A DNA stretch of 63,647 nucleotides, counting the filler, from a bacterium (GTDB lineage: Bacteria > JBDRGX01): assembly GCA_043817485.1 (NCBI GenBank). It is 7 parts of 7 records of this genome, joined end to end, with 100 filler letters (N's around TTAATTAATTAA, not from the genome) between each part and the next. Parts side by side here need not be neighbours in the genome. Positions count along the whole stretch, not along the records: positions 61,548 to 63,647 come from JBDRGX010000110.1; 6 more parts are not named here. One strand, given 5' to 3'. This document shows, piece after piece, positions 61,672 through 63,647 of this stretch (position 1 is the first letter of the stretch; each line of letters begins with the position of its first letter). Both the position numbers and the translations under genes were made by a program. A model generated the notes under the pieces. It did not search any database and was not told where the DNA came from. It was given only the letters and a program-made list of their open reading frames with translations.

Positions 61672-63621
61672 TTACAAACTATGCATATATTCAATTACTT
61701 CTATTTGATCTCTTCCTTTTTCTTTTGCTTGATACAAAGCATAATCAGCAATTTTAAATAATATTTCTTCTTTTAATTGAAAATCATTATTTTTCCATTC
61801 TCCTTCCTCACTTAATCCTGTTATGCCCATAGATATAGTTATTTTTAAGATTGTTGGAAGAACTTCATTTTTTTCTTTTACTACATCCTTTAATTGTTCT
61901 ATTGAAAATTCTTCATATTTTATCATATTATATAAATTGTTTGCAATTATTTTTGCCTTTTCTATAGGTGTTTGTGTAAAAAGTACACAAAATTCTTCTC
62001 CACCATAACGTGCTTGTATATCTGTTTCTCTTGTAGATTGTTTAATAATTTCACCCAATCTTTTTAATACAATATCTCCTACTAAATGACCATAAGCATC
62101 ATTTACTTTTTTAAAAAAATCTATATCCATCAAAATAAGAGAAAGTGGTTGTTTATATCTTTGTGCCTGTTTTACTTCTTTTTTTAAACAAAACATAAAA
62201 TATTGATGATTATAAAGCCCAGTTAATCCATCAATTATAGACATATTATATAGTTTTGCTTTTTCTATAGAATTTGACAATTGATGCGATAAAATTTTGA
62301 ATATTTCAATGTCTTTTTGATCATAGATAGAACCAGATTTTTTAGAATCTATTGTAAAAAGACCTATTAAATTTTTTTTATTAAATAATGGAATAATTAC
62401 ATACGCACCTATTTTTTCTAAATCTGAATAAATTAAATTAAATTCATTTTCAGAAAGAATTTGCTCTTGTTCATCTTTAATAAATATATCATTTTTTTCT
62501 TTTTCCCAGATAACAATCCCATCATTTGAATTTAAAAAGTAATTATTTTTAATTTCTTCACTTATTCCAAAACAAATATAAATAGAAAAAAACTTTAATT
62601 TTTTCTCTAAAAAAATACTTGCTTTTTTTATTCCTATTGCTTCAACAACAGAAACAAGAACATATTTCGTAAGTTCATTTAAATTATTTATATCCTCTAA
62701 CTTTTTAATAATATTATAAAGTGTTTTTTGATAGAGATATTTATTGCGAAAAATTATTTTATTTATTATTTTTGTAATTTGAGACATTAAAGGTGAAAAA
62801 AAAAGAATGGAAATACCTGTAGGAATAAAAAATAATTTAGCTAATTTATATCCTATTATTAAAGGAACATATTTCATAAATACAACATTAAACAGAAAAA
62901 TAAATACAACTAAAATACAATAAATAATAATTTTGCTAATAATTACATCTATATTTATTAAGCGATTTTTTTTAAGAGAATATGCAATACATAAAATGAA
63001 AAATATACAACCTACATTTCCTAATGGAGGAATTTGTGTCATCCAAAAAACATTAGGAAACTGCGTTAATCCAAAAAATATAAAAAAAATTGCTCCAAGA
63101 GAAAAATACTTTATTTGAACTTTTTCTAAAGAAGATGATTTTTTTTTGTATTTTGTCCATAATAAATAAATGGCATATAAAGCAAAAAAAATACATGCAA
63201 AAAAAAATGATTTAATTACATTTGTTGATAAAGGCATCCATTTTTTTAAAAACTCAACATAAACAAAATCATTAGGTGTTTTCAAAATCATAAAATACAT
63301 AAATCCAAATAAAAAATAACCTATAAATAACAAAAAACGATTTAATTTTTTATTTTGTACTTTACAAAAATAAATAATAAAATGAAATAAACAAGCAGGT
63401 ATAAAATATATGCCAATACAAAAAAAATCATGAAAAACTACATAAATCTCTTTTTCTTTAATAAAATAAGAAGCCAAAACCATAATATTCCAAAAACTTA
63501 AACACAAAATCAGATTAAAAAATAATTTATTTAATTTATTTTTCTTTTCTCTTAATACATAAAAACCTAAACCAAAAATACTGATTGTTGAAATTAAAGA
63601 TAAGAATGCAAAAATATTCAT
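61672..63621 (-). CDS. Diguanylate cyclase with N-terminal multi-TM sensor and GAF domain
   Basis: About 9 TM helices, GAF-like region (IIPL...LIGL...SGSIY), DGLTGLYN, DIDFFKKVNDAYGH, RETD I-site, RYGGEEF. Confidence 0.93.
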   Translation of the reverse strand: MNIFAFLSLISTISIFGLGFYVLREKKNKLNKLFFNLILCLSFWNIMVLASYFIKEKEIYVVFHDFFCIGIYFIPACLFHFIIYFCKVQNKKLNRFLLFIGYFLFGFMYFMILKTPNDFVYVEFLKKWMPLSTNVIKSFFFACIFFALYAIYLLWTKYKKKSSSLEKVQIKYFSLGAIFFIFFGLTQFPNVFWMTQIPPLGNVGCIFFILCIAYSLKKNRLINIDVIISKIIIYCILVVFIFLFNVVFMKYVPLIIGYKLAKLFFIPTGISILFFSPLMSQITKIINKIIFRNKYLYQKTLYNIIKKLEDINNLNELTKYVLVSVVEAIGIKKASIFLEKKLKFFSIYICFGISEEIKNNYFLNSNDGIVIWEKEKNDIFIKDEQEQILSENEFNLIYSDLEKIGAYVIIPLFNKKNLIGLFTIDSKKSGSIYDQKDIEIFKILSHQLSNSIEKAKLYNMSIIDGLTGLYNHQYFMFCLKKEVKQAQRYKQPLSLILMDIDFFKKVNDAYGHLVGDIVLKRLGEIIKQSTRETDIQARYGGEEFCVLFTQTPIEKAKIIANNLYNMIKYEEFSIEQLKDVVKEKNEVLPTILKITISMGITGLSEEGEWKNNDFQLKEEILFKIADYALYQAKEKGRDQIEVIEYMHSL

Positions 63622-63647
63622 TTTAGTATATCCTTATTTGTCTATAT

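Overview
Very AT-rich chromosomal DNA from a diderm bacterium (LPS heptose kinase, TonB-dependent receptor, SprA-like protein). The window is seven contigs joined by six artificial 100-nt linkers (N44-TTAATTAATTAA-N44), so adjacency across linkers carries no information. Most of it is housekeeping or cell-envelope genes: fdhD, prfA, cobU, gap, pgk, tilS, wzm/wzt, glycosyltransferases, ctpA, hldA, comF, rpoZ, thiC-family, cysE, dnaE, lplA, a mannose-class PTS, ppiD/surA and a diguanylate cyclase. It also has four tRNAs and a cobalamin riboswitch upstream of a BtuB-like receptor and a radical SAM gene. The most unusual item is an N6-adenine methyltransferase (type IIG/Eco57I-like) with an in-frame, about 172-aa Y1 HUH transposase-like domain between its SAM-binding and NPPY motifs. 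That domain contains its own REP-like palindrome, and REP-like hairpins are scattered through the intergenic regions. Other notable items: rpoB and rpoC read as one 2744-aa ORF (the fusion depends on the length of one A-run), with an attenuator-like leader; a giant SprA-like protein with a duplicated module; an intergenic 8-mer repeat inserted in frame into a radical SAM gene; rpoZ overlapping tRNA-Ala; and toxin-antitoxin pairs next to attC-like sites. Four genes are broken by single-base indels in A-runs, most likely sequencing errors.
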